From NCBI GenBank assembly GCA_051362555.1, contig CM120640.1, positions 35,421,967 to 35,485,966 on the forward strand: a stretch of 64,000 bases of DNA. Direction: 5' to 3'. Below are positions 62,001-64,000 of the stretch, piece by piece; the first letter of the stretch is position 1, and each line of letters begins with the position of its first letter. A program made the translations under genes and the position numbers. This stretch comes from Lingula anatina. Its lineage: Eukaryota > Animalia > Brachiopoda. The notes beneath the pieces are model-generated. The model worked only from the letters and a program-made list of their open reading frames with translations. It ran no database searches and was not told where the DNA came from.

Positions 62001-64000
62001 ATAACACATAACTTTCATCCATGTGTCCTAGGAGTTGTATGTCAAAATGTTATCTCTTGTTAAGACTTTTGCCTGATCTATCAACAAAACAACCATGGGA
62101 TAAGATTCTGAACTGAAGCTCTATGGATTAGTGGACAGAGATGTGCTAATGGGGGTAAGCCTGCTTAGTACTTTTTATCCAATTTGCAGGTGGTTATCTT
62201 AGAAACGGGTGCAAAGACTGATATTTCATCTGCCATTCTGGATCACCTTACTCAGGAACATTTAATGCTTCAGATTTTTTTTGATATGATTGACTAAGTA
62301 ACAGTGGTGTTAATGGTCATGAGTTCAATCTCTCCTTACCCCACCTTCAACAACTATATGATCTCATGTTTGAATTGAATGTTGCTTCATTCTATCTGAG
62401 CACAATTTTCTCCCCAGCATTAAATTGTGACTTTTACTCACGTCAGATTAAATTGTGGTTGCTAAGGACTGGCATTACCTGATTTTTACATCAGTCTTTT
62501 AAACCTTCATTTGAGTGTACCCCCTACCAGGGCCACAGATTGATTTTCCACTAGATATTCACAGATAATGTCTCTGGCTATTTCTATACACTTCTCTCTA
62601 CTGTCCACTGAGAATTTATGTATGGAATTGACTTCATCTCTCAGCCTAGAGATGAACCTAAAGTACATGTTGTACAGAGTAGTTTGAGTGCAGTTTGAGT
62701 GAGGTACAAGATTTTGAAGGACAGCATCTCTCAAACCTAACAAGGTTAAATAATTAAGTTTATGTTATTGAGTGTGAATCAATAGGGACAGACTGAATCA
62801 ATGCAGTTTTTTAAAAAATAATTTTACTTGTTAAAGCTCTAGTTGAAAAATTATTCTGCTGATATGATACAGCAACAGTAAGTTTTTACAATAGACAGTT
62901 GAATGTTTAATTAAAGTATTGTATTGCATGTTGAAATTCAGAGTCATATGTAAATTTTGACATTTCTACAATGTATATGGGAACACCTTCATAATAAGAT
63001 GGGTTTTATGATCTTTGTTATTCATGGAACTCACCTCTAAGAAACGAATATAAAGTATAAAATTAATCCATTCTATGATAAAGGTAAAATACTGATAAGT
63101 GGTGAGCCAGGATTCTGTATTGGAGAAGTATTGATCTTAATGCATTGAGCACATGGGGCTTTTGACAAAGTTGATAAGATGAACAGTGAGGTATTCTTTT
63201 AGTGAGTGTGATATGAGCCTGTTCTTTTGGGGTTTGGGTTGGAATTCCCCTCCTTCCTACTCCCTATCTGTTGGGCTGCAAATCTTTTGGCACTGATTTT
63301 CTAATATACTCACGTTTAAACCATAGGCATTTTGACTTTTGTCCCCACTTTATTTATCATCCCAGTATATATCTTGTCTCTTAAGTGACAGTGGAGACCG
63401 ATACAAGTATTTAGGCTGCTCTTGCCCCTTGCCCTGATTAAACTATTATCATTGTGCCTGAATTGTGTCATGTCAATGTTATGTTAATGTGGAGCTTTTA
63501 TTAGTCAGTTAAAGGAGATTTTTATTACTCTTTAACACAGGGATAATGTCATGGTTCAATTTCACAACAAAACTTGATTCATTTGGTCATGAAAGGTAAG
63601 TCTATTTTGATGTTACTTGTGTAACTTTTCACATTTTGATAAGGATTTATTATATACGATAAAGTAAAGATATGTTGAATTTACTGCAAATTTCGACCAA
63701 GGATTAATGGTAAAGGCAACAAGGAAATGTACCTATCTTGTTTATTAAAATGATTTGTCATAAGTCTCACTGAAAACTGTATACTTTCGATTTGAATTTG
63801 ACGTATGGAAAAAGATGACTGAATAGTATCAGAATTCTTTGTAAAACCAAAGTGAGGACTCGTGCGTAAAACAATGCCACAGATATTCAATGAATCAGGT
63901 TATTCCTATTCACATGGAGATGAACATAAATTAGAACACAGAGGCACTGATGACTCAAGTGGTCAGATTGTGCATAATTGTCAGCTAGCTGCAGGATCAA

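Larger units (their letters stand above)
42568..64000 (+). other. long intron of the putative CELF gene (continues beyond the window)
   Basis: No credible long ORF. Qualitatively CpG-depleted with T/G excess on +. The next expected exon (DRKLFVGM) was not found in the window. Confidence 0.55.

Noticed and set aside
43893-63890. many 60-95 aa ORFs in the last 20 kb
   Set aside because: Low-complexity, mostly non-ATG starts, no recognisable domains or consistent exon chains; as expected for random ORFs in AT-rich intron.

Overview
AT-rich, intron-rich animal genomic DNA (invertebrate, mollusc/lophotrochozoan-like by inference). Gene models were built by hand from splice sites and codon phase. 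(1) 3' half of a quaking/held-out-wings (STAR family) gene on +. It has two tandem duplicated, apparently mutually exclusive QUA2 exons (4219-4321, 4400-4517), several alternative C-terminal exons including an HPY nuclear-localisation exon, and long 3' UTRs rich in its own ACUAAY binding motif. (2) A complete TMEM181 on -, with two alternative first coding exons and a probable GC-AG intron. (3) A small gene for a secreted 10-cysteine peptide, missed by the ORF track, head-to-head with TMEM181. (4) A 35-bp minisatellite. (5) An NXPE/PC-esterase-like SGNH protein with an uninterrupted CDS. (6) A multi-exon gene with a divergent stathmin-like domain. (7) The probable first coding exon of a CELF3-6/bruno-3 gene, followed by a >21 kb intron containing a candidate 12-nt microexon. 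Several MITE-like elements are also present. Homolog sequences quoted for comparison are recalled from memory and need checking by alignment; no searches were run.
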